In this document: in pieces, positions 46,802 to 56,717 of the stretch
How the letters are laid out: each line of letters starts with the position of its first letter
How positions within the stretch are numbered: position 1 is the stretch's first letter
NCBI GenBank assembly: GCA_001819395.1
Contig: MHMQ01000032.1
Coordinates: 20,150 to 84,149 of the forward strand
DNA from: Candidatus Niyogibacteria bacterium RIFCSPLOWO2_01_FULL_45_48
GTDB lineage: Bacteria > Patescibacteriota > Minisyncoccia > HO2-45-28
DNA: 64,000 nucleotides
Reading direction: 5' to 3'
Position numbers and translations under genes: made by a program
The notes under the pieces: model-generated
The model's database searches: none
What the model was told of the DNA's origin: nothing
What the model saw: the letters and a program-made list of their open reading frames with translations, nothing else

Positions 46802-48532
46802 ATGATTTCTCAAGAAATAAGAGAAAAGTTTTTGGAATTTTTTAAAAAGAAGGGACACGCGGTTGTGCCTTCTTCTTCGCTTATTCCAGACGACCCGTCG
46901 GTGCTTTTTACGACCGCCGGAATGCAGCAATTCAAGCCGTATTACACCGGCGATGCCGATGCCATGCGCGATTTTGGCTCGTTAAACACAGCTTCAATCC
47001 AAAAATGTCTTCGCACATCTGATATTGATGAGGTTGGCGACGAGTCCCACCTGACATTTTTTGAAATGTTGGGGAATTTTTCTTTCGGCGGGTATTTCAA
47101 AAAAGAGGCGATAGAATGGGGCCATGAATTTATAACCAAAGAGATGGGATTGAAAATTGATTATGTTTCTGTTTTTGGGGGCGAGGGAAATATTCCAAAG
47201 GATACGGAGTCAGAAAAAATATGGAAGTCAATTGACCCGAAAATAAAAATAAAATACGCAGGCCGCGCTGATAACTTTTGGGGTCCGACGGGGGAGGAAG
47301 GCCCATGCGGGCCGACAACCGAAATTTATGTAAACGGGCTAGAAATTTGGAACATAGTTTTTAACGAATTTTATTGCAAGAAGGGGGGAAAACTAGAACC
47401 GCTTAAAACTCCTGGCATAGACACCGGAATGGGCCTTGAGCGTTTGGCGATGGTCAGCCAAGAAAAAAGCAATATTTTTGAAACTGATTTGTTTAAACCA
47501 CACATGTCTGTTTTGCCGGAAGAGCTTCCGGAAAGAATCGCGAGAATAATCGGAGATCACTCTAGGGCCTCGGTATTTTTACTTACTGACGGAGTTCGGC
47601 CCTCAAACAAAGAACAGGGTTATGTTCTTCGCCGGCTTATGAGGCGGATGCTTGTTTACGAAAATTTGCATGGAATATCCCGGCACATTTTTGACGAAGT
47701 TCTTTTTGTGATTGCTAAAACTTACGGCGCGGACTATCCTGAACTTTTGAGCAAAAAAGAAGAAATACGCGGAGAATTTTCCGAGGAACGCGAAAGATTT
47801 TCGGCCACGCTTAAAAAGGGTATTCGCGAACTTGAACGGAGGGCCAAAACCGGCTCGATCAACGCCAAAGTCGCATTTGACCTCTACCAGACCTTCGGAA
47901 TTCCGTACGAAATTGTGAAAGAGTTAGGCGGCGAATCGGCAGACAAACTTACTCGCGAAGACTTTGACAAGGAATTTGCTAAGCACCAAGAAATTTCAAA
48001 AGCGGGACAGGAAAAAAAATTCGGAGGGCACGGGTTGATTTTGGATACCGGAGAACTAAAGGCGGGAAGCGAGGAAGAATTAAAGAGGGTTACAAGGCTT
48101 CATACCGCGACCCACCTTTTGCAGGCGGCTTTACGCGAAGTTTTGGGCCCCGAGGTGCGTCAGATGGGCTCGGATATCACGCCCGAACGCACGCGCTTTG
48201 ATTTTTCGTTTAACCGCAAACTGACGCCGGAAGAATTAAAAAAAATATCGGAATTGGTCAACGGCATGATAAAGGCCGATCTAAGTGTTAAAATGAAAGA
48301 GATGGATTACGAAGACGCTGTTAAGTCCGGGGCATTATCTTTTTTTAAGCATAAATACCCCAAAAGAGTGAAGGTTTATAGCGTTGGAGAAGAAGGTGAA
48401 GAGGTTTCCAAAGAATTTTGCGGAGGACCGCACGTTTCCAATACGGGCGAAATAGGGAAACTGTCCATCGTCAAAGAAGAGGCGGTGGCGGCCGGCGTGC
48501 GCCGGATAAGAGCAAAAGTAGAGAACAACTGA
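46802..48532 (+). CDS. alaS: Alanine--tRNA ligase (compact, no C-Ala domain)
   Basis: FTTAGMQQFK, FFEMLGNFS, DTGMGLER, HTATH, CGGPH. Confidence 0.95.
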   Translation: MISQEIREKFLEFFKKKGHAVVPSSSLIPDDPSVLFTTAGMQQFKPYYTGDADAMRDFGSLNTASIQKCLRTSDIDEVGDESHLTFFEMLGNFSFGGYFKKEAIEWGHEFITKEMGLKIDYVSVFGGEGNIPKDTESEKIWKSIDPKIKIKYAGRADNFWGPTGEEGPCGPTTEIYVNGLEIWNIVFNEFYCKKGGKLEPLKTPGIDTGMGLERLAMVSQEKSNIFETDLFKPHMSVLPEELPERIARIIGDHSRASVFLLTDGVRPSNKEQGYVLRRLMRRMLVYENLHGISRHIFDEVLFVIAKTYGADYPELLSKKEEIRGEFSEERERFSATLKKGIRELERRAKTGSINAKVAFDLYQTFGIPYEIVKELGGESADKLTREDFDKEFAKHQEISKAGQEKKFGGHGLILDTGELKAGSEEELKRVTRLHTATHLLQAALREVLGPEVRQMGSDITPERTRFDFSFNRKLTPEELKKISELVNGMIKADLSVKMKEMDYEDAVKSGALSFFKHKYPKRVKVYSVGEEGEEVSKEFCGGPHVSNTGEIGKLSIVKEEAVAAGVRRIRAKVENN

Positions 48533-49671
48533 TGAAAAGAAAACTTATTTTTGATATAGGAAGCTCGCGGGTTAACGGCGCTTTAGTCGTTTTTAACCGA
48601 AAGAAGGAAGCGAGCATAGAAAGAGTTTTTCAATCCGAAAGCATAATTTTACCGGAAACGGATTTACATAGGCTGTGGAAAAAAATGGCTTTGCTGATTG
48701 ACGGGATGGTTAAAGATTTTAAGGACAGTGCTCTTGCGGTCGATGAGGCCCTGGTCGTGTTTTCGTCGCCGTGGTATTTTTCCGAAATACGTGAAATCAA
48801 AAAGGATTTTGGCGAACCGGTTGCGATTACCGGAGACTTTATAGAAAAACTTTTAACCGAGGATGCCGAAAACTTCAAAAAACACTATACGGATAACTTT
48901 AATCTCGGCGTCGGGGATCTGATGCACGCGAGTTCCCGTATTATGAGCGCAAAACTTAACGATTATCCGATTTTAGAGCCGTTAAAAAATATGCCGGATA
49001 AAAAAACCCAGACAATCTCCGCGTTTGTTTATGCCTCGGCAGTATTCGGCGAAGCGGCCGCCCGTATAAAAATGGCTCTGGAAGACTGCGGTGTAAAATC
49101 CGTCGAGTTTCAGAGTTCGCCATTTGTTTTTTTGAAAGTTTTTTTGAAAGAGGGTTTGGGCGACCTTCTGGTTGTGGATATCGGGGGAGAGATAACAGAT
49201 GTTATAGTAATTAAGGGCGGAAAAATATTTAAAATGGCCTCTTTTGGACGCGGCCTTAATTATGCCGCAAGGCGCCTCGGTCCGTCTTTTAAGGTTGGTC
49301 TGGACGAGGTTATGGCGCTTCTTTCGAATTATATTGAAGGAAAGCTTGAAAAATCATTCCAAGAATCCGTGGCCCAAGCGCTGAAAGACGCTTTAACGGA
49401 GTGGCAGAGCCTGCTGAAAGAAGCCCTGGAAAAACATATTTTTCCGGATCTCGTACCCCAAAAAGTTTTTGTAACCGGACACGGCGGAGGCGTTGCCGAA
49501 TTCAAAAAAGCCCTGAATCTGCCGGATTCGGCAAAATTTACCGAACATGGCCGGCCGTTCGAGATTTTCGAAAGCAAGCCGGCTATATCCCATTTTAAAA
49601 ACGCCTCCTATGTTTTAAACAAACCGCATTTGTCTTTAATAGGGCTTTATTCAACATATGCCATCCAATAA
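48532..49671 (+). CDS. FtsA/actin-like ATPase-fold protein (divergent)
   Basis: IFDIGSS, VDIGGEITD, VTGHGG. Confidence 0.7.
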   Translation: MKRKLIFDIGSSRVNGALVVFNRKKEASIERVFQSESIILPETDLHRLWKKMALLIDGMVKDFKDSALAVDEALVVFSSPWYFSEIREIKKDFGEPVAITGDFIEKLLTEDAENFKKHYTDNFNLGVGDLMHASSRIMSAKLNDYPILEPLKNMPDKKTQTISAFVYASAVFGEAAARIKMALEDCGVKSVEFQSSPFVFLKVFLKEGLGDLLVVDIGGEITDVIVIKGGKIFKMASFGRGLNYAARRLGPSFKVGLDEVMALLSNYIEGKLEKSFQESVAQALKDALTEWQSLLKEALEKHIFPDLVPQKVFVTGHGGGVAEFKKALNLPDSAKFTEHGRPFEIFESKPAISHFKNASYVLNKPHLSLIGLYSTYAIQ

Positions 49672-50947
49672 CAATTTGGTCAGGGATATCGTGCCGTCGA
49701 GCGGCCACCGTTTAACTATGCGGACGTCACCGAAAAGGGCGGCAACAAAGCCGTTGAAACCCGATTTTGCGCCGCCGAAAAAAGAAAAACAAAGGTCGGA
49801 TTCGATTTCGGGAGCCAAATCCGGCAAAGGGCGCTTGAAATTCATAACTGCGGCCGTGATTTTGTACGCCGCGGCCTTGTTTGCGGTCGGCTTTTTTGCG
49901 AAAGCCGAAGTTAACTTATATCTTAAAAAAGAAATTTTTGACGTGAAAAAAACCGTGTCTGCCGGCGTTTCCAATTCCGAAATTAAAGCCGAGGCGGTTA
50001 TTTTTGATGAACAAAAAAGCGGAACGTCCGTAACCTCCGAAAGAAAAAATTTCAGCGAGCGGGCATCCGGTACTGTTGTTATCTACAATGCTTACAGTTC
50101 GGAGCCGCAGGCTCTGATCGCGAACACCCGGTTTGAATCTGCTGACGGAAAAATTTACCGAATAACAAAACCGCTCATTGTTCCGGGAGCTAAGATAATT
50201 GACGGCAAAATTGAACCGAGTTCCGTTGAAACCGGGGTTTTGGCCGAAGAAGCAGGAGAGGCGTACAACATAAGCCTTTCCGATTTCACAATTCCCGGAT
50301 TCAAAGGCACTCCGAAGTATGATAAATTTTATGCTAGGTCCAAGACTCCGATGTCGGGCGGTTTTGTCGGAGAAGCGAAAGTGATTACTGAAAAAGAGGT
50401 ACAGGCTTTGCGTCAAAAACTTGAAGAGGATCTTCGCGAAGCTCTTTTTGCCAAAATGAATTCTGAACTTCCTGAAGGTTTCTTCATGCCTGACGGGGCT
50501 TATAAATACGAAGCAGAAATTCGGCCTGACGCGCCCAAAATCGGCTCAAAAGCGGACGAACTTGGCTTGACCGTCAGCGGGCGGCTGACAGCCCTTTTTG
50601 TCCGCGAAGACGATGTGAAAAGAAAAATTCTGGAGCCCTACAAGGATGATCCTGATTTTAAAAACATGGATGTCGTCAATTTCGGCTCCATTCAGATTTC
50701 GGCCCAGGACACCGATTTTAAAACGCTTGGTTTGAGGCTGGCTATTAGCGGACGGCCGGAGGCGGTTTGGAACGTGGATATCGGGACGCTGGCGGAAAAA
50801 CTGGCATTGGCTTCAAGTTCGTCCGAACGCGCGAATATTTTCCAGCAGTATCCTCAGATAAGACAGGCCAGTATCGTTTACCGCCCGTTTTGGTGGGCCG
50901 TATTTCCCAAAGAGGCCGACAAGATTATTATTTTTAGCTTATATTGA
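49658..50947 (+). CDS. Membrane-anchored protein of baseplate-J-like CPR family
   Basis: TM then ASGTVVIYN...TRF...GKIY...AGEAYNI...GG. Confidence 0.65.
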   Translation: MPSNNNLVRDIVPSSGHRLTMRTSPKRAATKPLKPDFAPPKKEKQRSDSISGAKSGKGRLKFITAAVILYAAALFAVGFFAKAEVNLYLKKEIFDVKKTVSAGVSNSEIKAEAVIFDEQKSGTSVTSERKNFSERASGTVVIYNAYSSEPQALIANTRFESADGKIYRITKPLIVPGAKIIDGKIEPSSVETGVLAEEAGEAYNISLSDFTIPGFKGTPKYDKFYARSKTPMSGGFVGEAKVITEKEVQALRQKLEEDLREALFAKMNSELPEGFFMPDGAYKYEAEIRPDAPKIGSKADELGLTVSGRLTALFVREDDVKRKILEPYKDDPDFKNMDVVNFGSIQISAQDTDFKTLGLRLAISGRPEAVWNVDIGTLAEKLALASSSSERANIFQQYPQIRQASIVYRPFWWAVFPKEADKIIIFSLY

Positions 50948-50998
50948 CCGGGGTTGACTTCACAACCCCTTTGATTTAAGATTGTATTTGTATTTTTA

Positions 50999-51220
50999 AT
51001 GTCCGCGGATAAAGAAAATAAGGAAATTAAACTGGGGACGGTTATGGAGGCTTTGCCCGATACTATGTTTCGGGTACAACTTGACGACGGGCCGTTAATG
51101 CTCGCGTATCTGGCCGGAAAAATGCGCCACTTCAGGATAACCGTTTTGGTCGGCGACAGGGTGAAAGTGGAGTTTAGCCCTTATGACCAAGCCCGCGGCC
51201 GTATAATACAAAGGTTATAA
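50999..51220 (+). CDS. infA: Translation initiation factor IF-1
   Basis: EALP, GKMR, GDRV, PYD. Confidence 0.95.
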   Translation: MSADKENKEIKLGTVMEALPDTMFRVQLDDGPLMLAYLAGKMRHFRITVLVGDRVKVEFSPYDQARGRIIQRL

Positions 51221-51225
51221 ACATC

Positions 51226-51339
51226 ATGAAAGTCAGAGCATCCGTCAAACCAATTTGCAAAAAATGCAAAGTTATAAGGCGCAAGGGCAGAGTGCGTATA
51301 ATTTGTTCTAACCCCAAACATAAACAGCGACAAGGGTAG
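51226..51339 (+). CDS. rpmJ: 50S ribosomal protein L36 (not in ORF track)
   Basis: [37 protein letters not shown]. Confidence 0.95.
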   Translation: MKVRASVKPICKKCKVIRRKGRVRIICSNPKHKQRQG

Positions 51340-51383
51340 TTGGTAAGTTTATTAGTTTACTGGTTAATTTAATTAAATTAAAA

Positions 51384-51770
51384 ATGGTACGCATTGCCGG
51401 AGTAAATATACCCGATAAAAAACGTATAGATTTTTCTCTGCCGTATATTTATGGCGTCGGCCGGTCTTTGGCTAAGCGTGTATTAAATGAAGCCAAGGTG
51501 GATGCCAATAAATTGACCAACGCTCTTACGGCCGAAGAGGTAAATCGCATACGCTCGATTTTGGAAGGAAACTATCAGGTCGAAGGCGATCTAAAAAGGC
51601 TCGTCAGTTCAAACATAAAGCGCCTGAGGGATATAAAAAGTTATCGCGGAGTCAGGCACATGAAGGGCCTGCCATCCAAGGGCCAGAGAACCAAAACGAA
51701 TTCCAGAACGAGACGCGGAAATGTGCGCCGAACCACGATCAGCGGAAAGAGAAAAGTTGAGAAGAAATAA
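51384..51770 (+). CDS. rpsM: 30S ribosomal protein S13
   Basis: RIAGVNIP, IYGVG, GQRTKTN. Confidence 0.96.
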   Translation: MVRIAGVNIPDKKRIDFSLPYIYGVGRSLAKRVLNEAKVDANKLTNALTAEEVNRIRSILEGNYQVEGDLKRLVSSNIKRLRDIKSYRGVRHMKGLPSKGQRTKTNSRTRRGNVRRTTISGKRKVEKK

Positions 51771-51773
51771 AAT

Positions 51774-52208
51774 ATGGGAAAGAAACGAGTTATCAAAAAA
51801 ACAACCGGCGGTGTGGACCACGAGCTTCGGGCTCGGGCTGTCGGACGTTTGCCAAGGAAAAAGCTTGAACGCGGTATTTTAAACATACAGTCAACCTACA
51901 ACAACACGATGATGATGATAGCCGATGATAAAGGCAATGCTATTTTTTGGGCATCCAGCGGTTCGCTCGGTTTTAAAGGCGCAAGGAAGGGAACTCCCTA
52001 TGCCGCCTCCAAAGTTGCCGAGCTTATGGTCGAAAAAGCGAAAATGGCCGGATTGAAAAGCATAACCATTAATGTCAAAGGCGTGGGCGCTGGCCGCGAG
52101 TCCGCGATACGCTCTTTTTTGTCCAGCGACATAACCCTGGATACTATCCGCGACTTGACGCCCGTACCTCATAATGGCCCAAAATCGCCCAAACCACGGC
52201 GGGTTTAA
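51774..52208 (+). CDS. rpsK: 30S ribosomal protein S11
   Basis: STYNNT, GFKG, TPYAA, PHNG. Confidence 0.96.
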   Translation: MGKKRVIKKTTGGVDHELRARAVGRLPRKKLERGILNIQSTYNNTMMMIADDKGNAIFWASSGSLGFKGARKGTPYAASKVAELMVEKAKMAGLKSITINVKGVGAGRESAIRSFLSSDITLDTIRDLTPVPHNGPKSPKPRRV

Positions 52209-52215
52209 TCAAAAT

Positions 52216-52836
52216 ATGCCAAAAATTACTTGTAAAACTTGCAGGCGTCTCGGCTTCTCCGTTTGCGGAAAGGAAAAGTGCGCTTTCAAAAGAAAGCCTT
52301 ATTCGCCGGGCATTCACGGCCGCAAAAAGGGCGGGTTTAAAAGGCGCTCTAATCAGTCTGAATATGGAAACCAGCTTAAAGAAAAGCAAAAGGTTAAATT
52401 TTTATACGGCTTAAGAGAAAAACAATTTAGAAATTTAGTTGCCAAGGCCATCGCGGCCAAGAGCGCCGAAACTTCACGCAGAATAGTGGAACTATTGGAA
52501 ACCAGGCTCGACAACGTCGTTTACCGTCTGGGTTTCGCTTCTTCCCGCAAAGCCGCGCGTCAGATTGTTAACCACGGCCACATTATGGTTAACGGCAAAA
52601 AGACCAACATTCCGTCGCGCGCTCTTAAAATCGGCCAGCAAGTTTCCGTAAGGCCGCAAAGTCTTGGACTTGGAATTTTCCGCGATCTGGATTTGCGTCT
52701 TAAAAAACACCAAGTCCCCTCGTGGCTTAACTTGAAGCAGGATCAGCGTGAAGGACACATAGTTGCCTTCCCGTCGGCGGAGGAAGTTGACACCGGAGCA
52801 AACCTTAACTCGATTATTGAATTTTATTCCCGATAA
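52216..52836 (+). CDS. rpsD: 30S ribosomal protein S4
   Basis: PGIHG, LKEKQK, LETRLDNVVYR, IIEFYSR. Confidence 0.96.
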   Translation: MPKITCKTCRRLGFSVCGKEKCAFKRKPYSPGIHGRKKGGFKRRSNQSEYGNQLKEKQKVKFLYGLREKQFRNLVAKAIAAKSAETSRRIVELLETRLDNVVYRLGFASSRKAARQIVNHGHIMVNGKKTNIPSRALKIGQQVSVRPQSLGLGIFRDLDLRLKKHQVPSWLNLKQDQREGHIVAFPSAEEVDTGANLNSIIEFYSR

Positions 52837-52893
52837 TGTTATAATTTATTAATTAATTTTCTAAATTAAAAGCCGATTTTTATATATTAAAAC

Positions 52894-53862
52894 ATGGATA
52901 TATCAATTATTTTACCGTCAAAGCCTAGAGTGGTCCTTGAGGAACAGGATAAGGGGGTTTATGAAATTGACGGCCTTTATCCCGGATACGGCCACACCTT
53001 GGGCAACAGCCTGCGCCGGATTCTTTTGTCGTCCTTGCCGGGTGCAGCCGTTACTAGGGCCAAAATAGAAGGCGCCTCTCATGAATTTTCCACTATACCT
53101 GGAGTAAGAGAAGATGTCGTGGCCATACTTCTGAATCTGAAAAAAATGCGTTTTAAGATGCTTACCGATGAACCGCAGATCGTGAAAATAAAAACCAAGG
53201 GTGCCAAGGTTGTTAAGGCCGAAGACGCGGATTTGCCCGGGCAGGTTGAAATAGCCAACCCGGATTTGGTTATAGCCACACTTACCGATAAGAGCTCCGT
53301 TTTTGAAGCCGAGCTGACCGTTGAAAAAGGACTTGGTTATGTTATGAGAGATGTTTTGCAAAAAGAGAAAGCTCAAGTTGGCGAAATGGTTTTGGATGCC
53401 GTTTTCACGCCCATGAGGAGAGTTAATTATGAAGTCGAAAACATGCGCGTAGGAGACCGCACCGACTTCAATCGCTTGCGTCTGACCATTCAGACCGATG
53501 ACACCATAACTCCGCACGACGCCTTGGAGGAGGCTATTAGAATAATGATCAACCAGCTTAAAGCCATCGTCGGATTTCAGGAAGAAGAGGTTGCGGAAAC
53601 GCATCCGGATAAATCCGAGCCGGAGGAGACCGGATCCGCTGATGCCGGAGATCAAAGCGAAGATAAAAACAAAATGCGAATCGAAGACCTTGATCTTTCC
53701 GAACGCATCGTTAAAGCTTTGTCTGAAGCAAGCATACGGACTGTTGGGGGACTGGTGCGCCGGACATCTAAAGACCTTATGGGTTTGGAGGGCATAGGCG
53801 ACAAGGCTATAACCGAGTTAAAACGAGCCGTAGGAAAGCTGGGCCTGACCTTAAAGGATTAA
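52894..53862 (+). CDS. rpoA: RNA polymerase alpha subunit
   Basis: GYGHTLGNSLRRILLSS, HEFSTIPGV. Confidence 0.96.
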   Translation: MDISIILPSKPRVVLEEQDKGVYEIDGLYPGYGHTLGNSLRRILLSSLPGAAVTRAKIEGASHEFSTIPGVREDVVAILLNLKKMRFKMLTDEPQIVKIKTKGAKVVKAEDADLPGQVEIANPDLVIATLTDKSSVFEAELTVEKGLGYVMRDVLQKEKAQVGEMVLDAVFTPMRRVNYEVENMRVGDRTDFNRLRLTIQTDDTITPHDALEEAIRIMINQLKAIVGFQEEEVAETHPDKSEPEETGSADAGDQSEDKNKMRIEDLDLSERIVKALSEASIRTVGGLVRRTSKDLMGLEGIGDKAITELKRAVGKLGLTLKD

Positions 53863-53878
53863 AAATTATTTTTTTAAA

Positions 53879-54226
53879 ATGCGCCATCGTGTCAAGGGTC
53901 GAAAATTCGGACGTGTAAGAAAAACCCGCAGGGCTTTTTTAAAGTCGGTTTTGCGCTCTTTTGTTGAGCACGGAAAAATCGAAACCACGCTGGCTCGGGC
54001 GAAATCAACAAGGATTTTGGCGGAAAAGCTGGTTACCAAAGCCAAGAAAGGGGGTTTGTCCCGGCGGCGCGAGATAGAAAAAATGCTTGGTCCGAAGCAG
54101 ACGTCAAAAATCTTTGAAGTGTCCTCCTCTTTTAAAGATCGCCGCGGAGGTTACACAAGAATCACCAGGACCCGGCGCAGGAATCACGATCAGGCCGAAA
54201 TGGCCGTCTTGGAATTCGTTAAATAA
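53879..54226 (+). CDS. rplQ: 50S ribosomal protein L17
   Basis: MRHR, IETTLARAK, GGYTRI. Confidence 0.95.
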   Translation: MRHRVKGRKFGRVRKTRRAFLKSVLRSFVEHGKIETTLARAKSTRILAEKLVTKAKKGGLSRRREIEKMLGPKQTSKIFEVSSSFKDRRGGYTRITRTRRRNHDQAEMAVLEFVK

Positions 54227-54230
54227 AAAT

Positions 54231-54593
54231 ATGCAGGCCGCAAAAACCAAAGAAAAAATAGTGATAGACTTGAAAGGCATGTCTCTGGGACGCGCCGCTT
54301 CCCGGGCGGCTGTGATTTTGCGCGGAAAAAACAGACCGGATTTCGCTCCCAACCGTTCCTCGGGCACGATAATCGAAATAAAAAACTTGGATCAGCTTAA
54401 AATCGAGGAAAAAAAAGCCGAACAAAAATTTTATAAACACTACAGCGGATATCCGTCCGGCTTGAAAGAGACCAAGCTGGCGGAGCTTTACAAAAAAAAC
54501 CCGAAAGAAGTTTTTGTGCGCGCGGTCAAAGGCATGCTCGCCAAAAACAGACTGCGTAAGGAACTTATAAAGAATATTGTTTTTTCCGTGTAG
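54231..54593 (+). CDS. rplM: 50S ribosomal protein L13
   Basis: LGRAAS...LRGK, HYSGYPSGLK, AVKGML. Confidence 0.93.
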   Translation: MQAAKTKEKIVIDLKGMSLGRAASRAAVILRGKNRPDFAPNRSSGTIIEIKNLDQLKIEEKKAEQKFYKHYSGYPSGLKETKLAELYKKNPKEVFVRAVKGMLAKNRLRKELIKNIVFSV

Positions 54594-54605
54594 TATATAA
54601 AAAAC

Positions 54606-55097
54606 ATGGCGGTCAAAAAAATTAAAACAGAAAAAAAAGACAAAAAAACCAAGCGGCAGACAAAAAGTGTTCCGGCTTTTTCGAAACCCAGCCAAACTTC
54701 GGTAAAACCGAAGACTTATATTGAAGCCGTTGGACGAAGAAAAACATCAACCGCGAGGGTCAGAATTTTCTCCGGTGCCGGAGAAATAAAAATCAACGGC
54801 AAAACTTTTCGGGAGTATTTTCCGACGGAAGAAATGCAAAAGATTGTCGCATCTCCCTTTAAAAAAGCGAATCTGGGCGAAAGTTTTTCGGTAAACGCCA
54901 AAGTTTACGGAGGCGGAATACACTCGCAATCAGAGGCCGTAAGGCACGGCATATCAAGAGCTTTGGTGGCCCACGACATCGAACTTAGGAAAAGGCTTAA
55001 AAAATTCGGCTTTTTAAAACGCGATCCCCGCATGAAAGAGCGCCGGAAGTTCGGTCTCAAAAAAGCCCGCAAAGCCCCGCAGTGGGCAAAACGATAA
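54606..55097 (+). CDS. rpsI: 30S ribosomal protein S9
   Basis: GRRK, GGG..SQ, RDPRMKERRK, QWAKR. Confidence 0.96.
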   Translation: MAVKKIKTEKKDKKTKRQTKSVPAFSKPSQTSVKPKTYIEAVGRRKTSTARVRIFSGAGEIKINGKTFREYFPTEEMQKIVASPFKKANLGESFSVNAKVYGGGIHSQSEAVRHGISRALVAHDIELRKRLKKFGFLKRDPRMKERRKFGLKKARKAPQWAKR

Positions 55098-55170
55098 ACT
55101 GTTTAAAAACGCCCGGGTCTTTCACGACCCCAACTTTAATATAATTTTTAATAATCTCAAAACACAACAT

Positions 55171-55767
55171 ATGGTAAAATTTGAGAATATATTGGAAAAA
55201 TTCGTGTTGTCTCGTGGCCCATCTGCTACCGCGGCTAAGGTTTTATTAGCTTTGGTGGCGCTCGGAACCATTATTATAGTAGGAGCGGTAGCCCCGAATA
55301 TATTTAGCGCCTTTGGAAAATTTAGATATAAAAGTTTTTCTAAGAACCAAACGACCAAGGCCTTTTATAACTTAAAAAGACGAAAGTTGATTGAAACCAT
55401 ACGGGATAAGAATGACGTTGTGATTGTGCGTCTGACCAAAAAGGGGGAAACCAAAATTAGGAAGTTTTCAATCGATGTTTTAAAAATTGTAAAACCCAAA
55501 AAATGGGACAAAAAATGGAGACTGGTTATGTTCGATGTGCCCAACTATTTAAGTAAGGCCCGCAGGGCTTTAAGCGACACTTTCAAGGACTTGGGATTAT
55601 ACCAATTGCAAAAAAGTGTTTGGGTTTATCCGTATCCTTGCGAAGATGAAATACTTTTTGTTGCCCATTTTTTTGGAGTTGAACGATTTATTGAAATTAT
55701 AGAAACAACGGAGTTTGTCAATCCATTGACTGAACAAACTCTTGCAAATTTTTTTAGTATGACCTAA
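55171..55767 (+). CDS. PaaX-like/Cas2-like fold protein (wHTH plus ferredoxin-like domain)
   Basis: LTKKG...WDKKWRLVMFDVP...R...LGLYQLQKSVWVYPYPC. Confidence 0.75.
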   Translation: MVKFENILEKFVLSRGPSATAAKVLLALVALGTIIIVGAVAPNIFSAFGKFRYKSFSKNQTTKAFYNLKRRKLIETIRDKNDVVIVRLTKKGETKIRKFSIDVLKIVKPKKWDKKWRLVMFDVPNYLSKARRALSDTFKDLGLYQLQKSVWVYPYPCEDEILFVAHFFGVERFIEIIETTEFVNPLTEQTLANFFSMT

Positions 55768-55934
55768 ACCACAGGATGAATAACGGCGTCTGTTATGGTC
55801 TTAAAATTAAACATACGGTAAAAAATAAGAATAAGTGGTTGGTACACACCGCCTCTTGACGCAAATTGGTTTTGTGATATAATTGCTTGTAGTGCTTGTG
55901 TGAGTTCTTAAACACATTGAGGAGGACAGCGGCG

Positions 55935-56105
55935 ATGTTTGAGGTCAAGGATTATTTTCATGTCGCCAAGGCCAATGAAAGAGTATTCAGAAACATATTG
56001 AGAGACATGAGAGACAATAGAGAAAAAAGAACGATGGGGTATTTGATTCCCGAAAATTTGGAAACGGAAGCGAAGCTCGGAACGTTCTTTCAGAAGTTGA
56101 TATGA
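55935..56105 (+). CDS. Small hypothetical protein
   Basis: TTGACG-16-TATAAT promoter (55856-55883), GAGGAGG SD, terminator at 56121-56146. Confidence 0.6.
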   Translation: MFEVKDYFHVAKANERVFRNILRDMRDNREKRTMGYLIPENLETEAKLGTFFQKLI

Positions 56106-56150
56106 ATAAGCACTAGAAGAAAAACGAGGGCACCAAGCCCTCGTTTGTTT

Positions 56151-56597
56151 TTATACTATGTCCGCGATTTTTATTTTTAGTTTGCGGGCTGTTTTACGCT
56201 CCCATCTCGCGCCAATTGAGCTTTTCCACTTCGGCATAAAGTTCAATTTTTTAATGAGACCCGATTTAAAGAGGCGAAGATAAAACCTATTCAGTATATC
56301 GTCTCTTGCGTGATCCCGACTTTCATATCGTTCTTTTTCAATTCGTTCCATTTCTTTTTCAAAGGGCATTTGGTCAAAAACGCTTATTCCGCATTTTTTG
56401 ATACGGCGTATATATTTTCCAAATTCCTTCAAATTGGCCTTTATTGATCCGAGTCCTCCGCTTGAGATTGGTCCACAGACCATTTCAGCCGGCTGTGGCA
56501 TTCTTTGTAGAATCCTAAGGCCGACCTCGGCAAGTTCGTCAAAATCTTTAGCCTTTTTCTTACACAGCCAATCTTTTTTCGTCCAGTATCGGCGCAA
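56151..56597 (-). CDS. Hypothetical protein, possibly nucleoside deoxyribosyltransferase-like/DUF4406 fold
   Basis: CGPISSGG...F...VFDQ...W.SSIGARWE; AGGAG SD. Confidence 0.6.
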   Translation of the reverse strand: MRRYWTKKDWLCKKKAKDFDELAEVGLRILQRMPQPAEMVCGPISSGGLGSIKANLKEFGKYIRRIKKCGISVFDQMPFEKEMERIEKERYESRDHARDDILNRFYLRLFKSGLIKKLNFMPKWKSSIGARWERKTARKLKIKIADIV

Positions 56598-56671
56598 GCC
56601 GTCTCTCCTTGCGTGCTTGTCTTGGTAAAGAATACCTTAACGATCCGGCATTTGCAATATTTTCGTCTTTT

Positions 56672-56698
56672 TTAGCACTCTTGACAGAGGAGTGCTAA
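56672..56698. promoter_or_regulatory. CIRCE operator (HrcA binding site)
   Basis: Perfect TTAGCACTC-N9-GAGTGCTAA; TTGACA inside the spacer, TATAAT at 56705. Confidence 0.95.
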
Positions 56699-56717
56699 AT
56701 TTTATATAATGGGCTTT

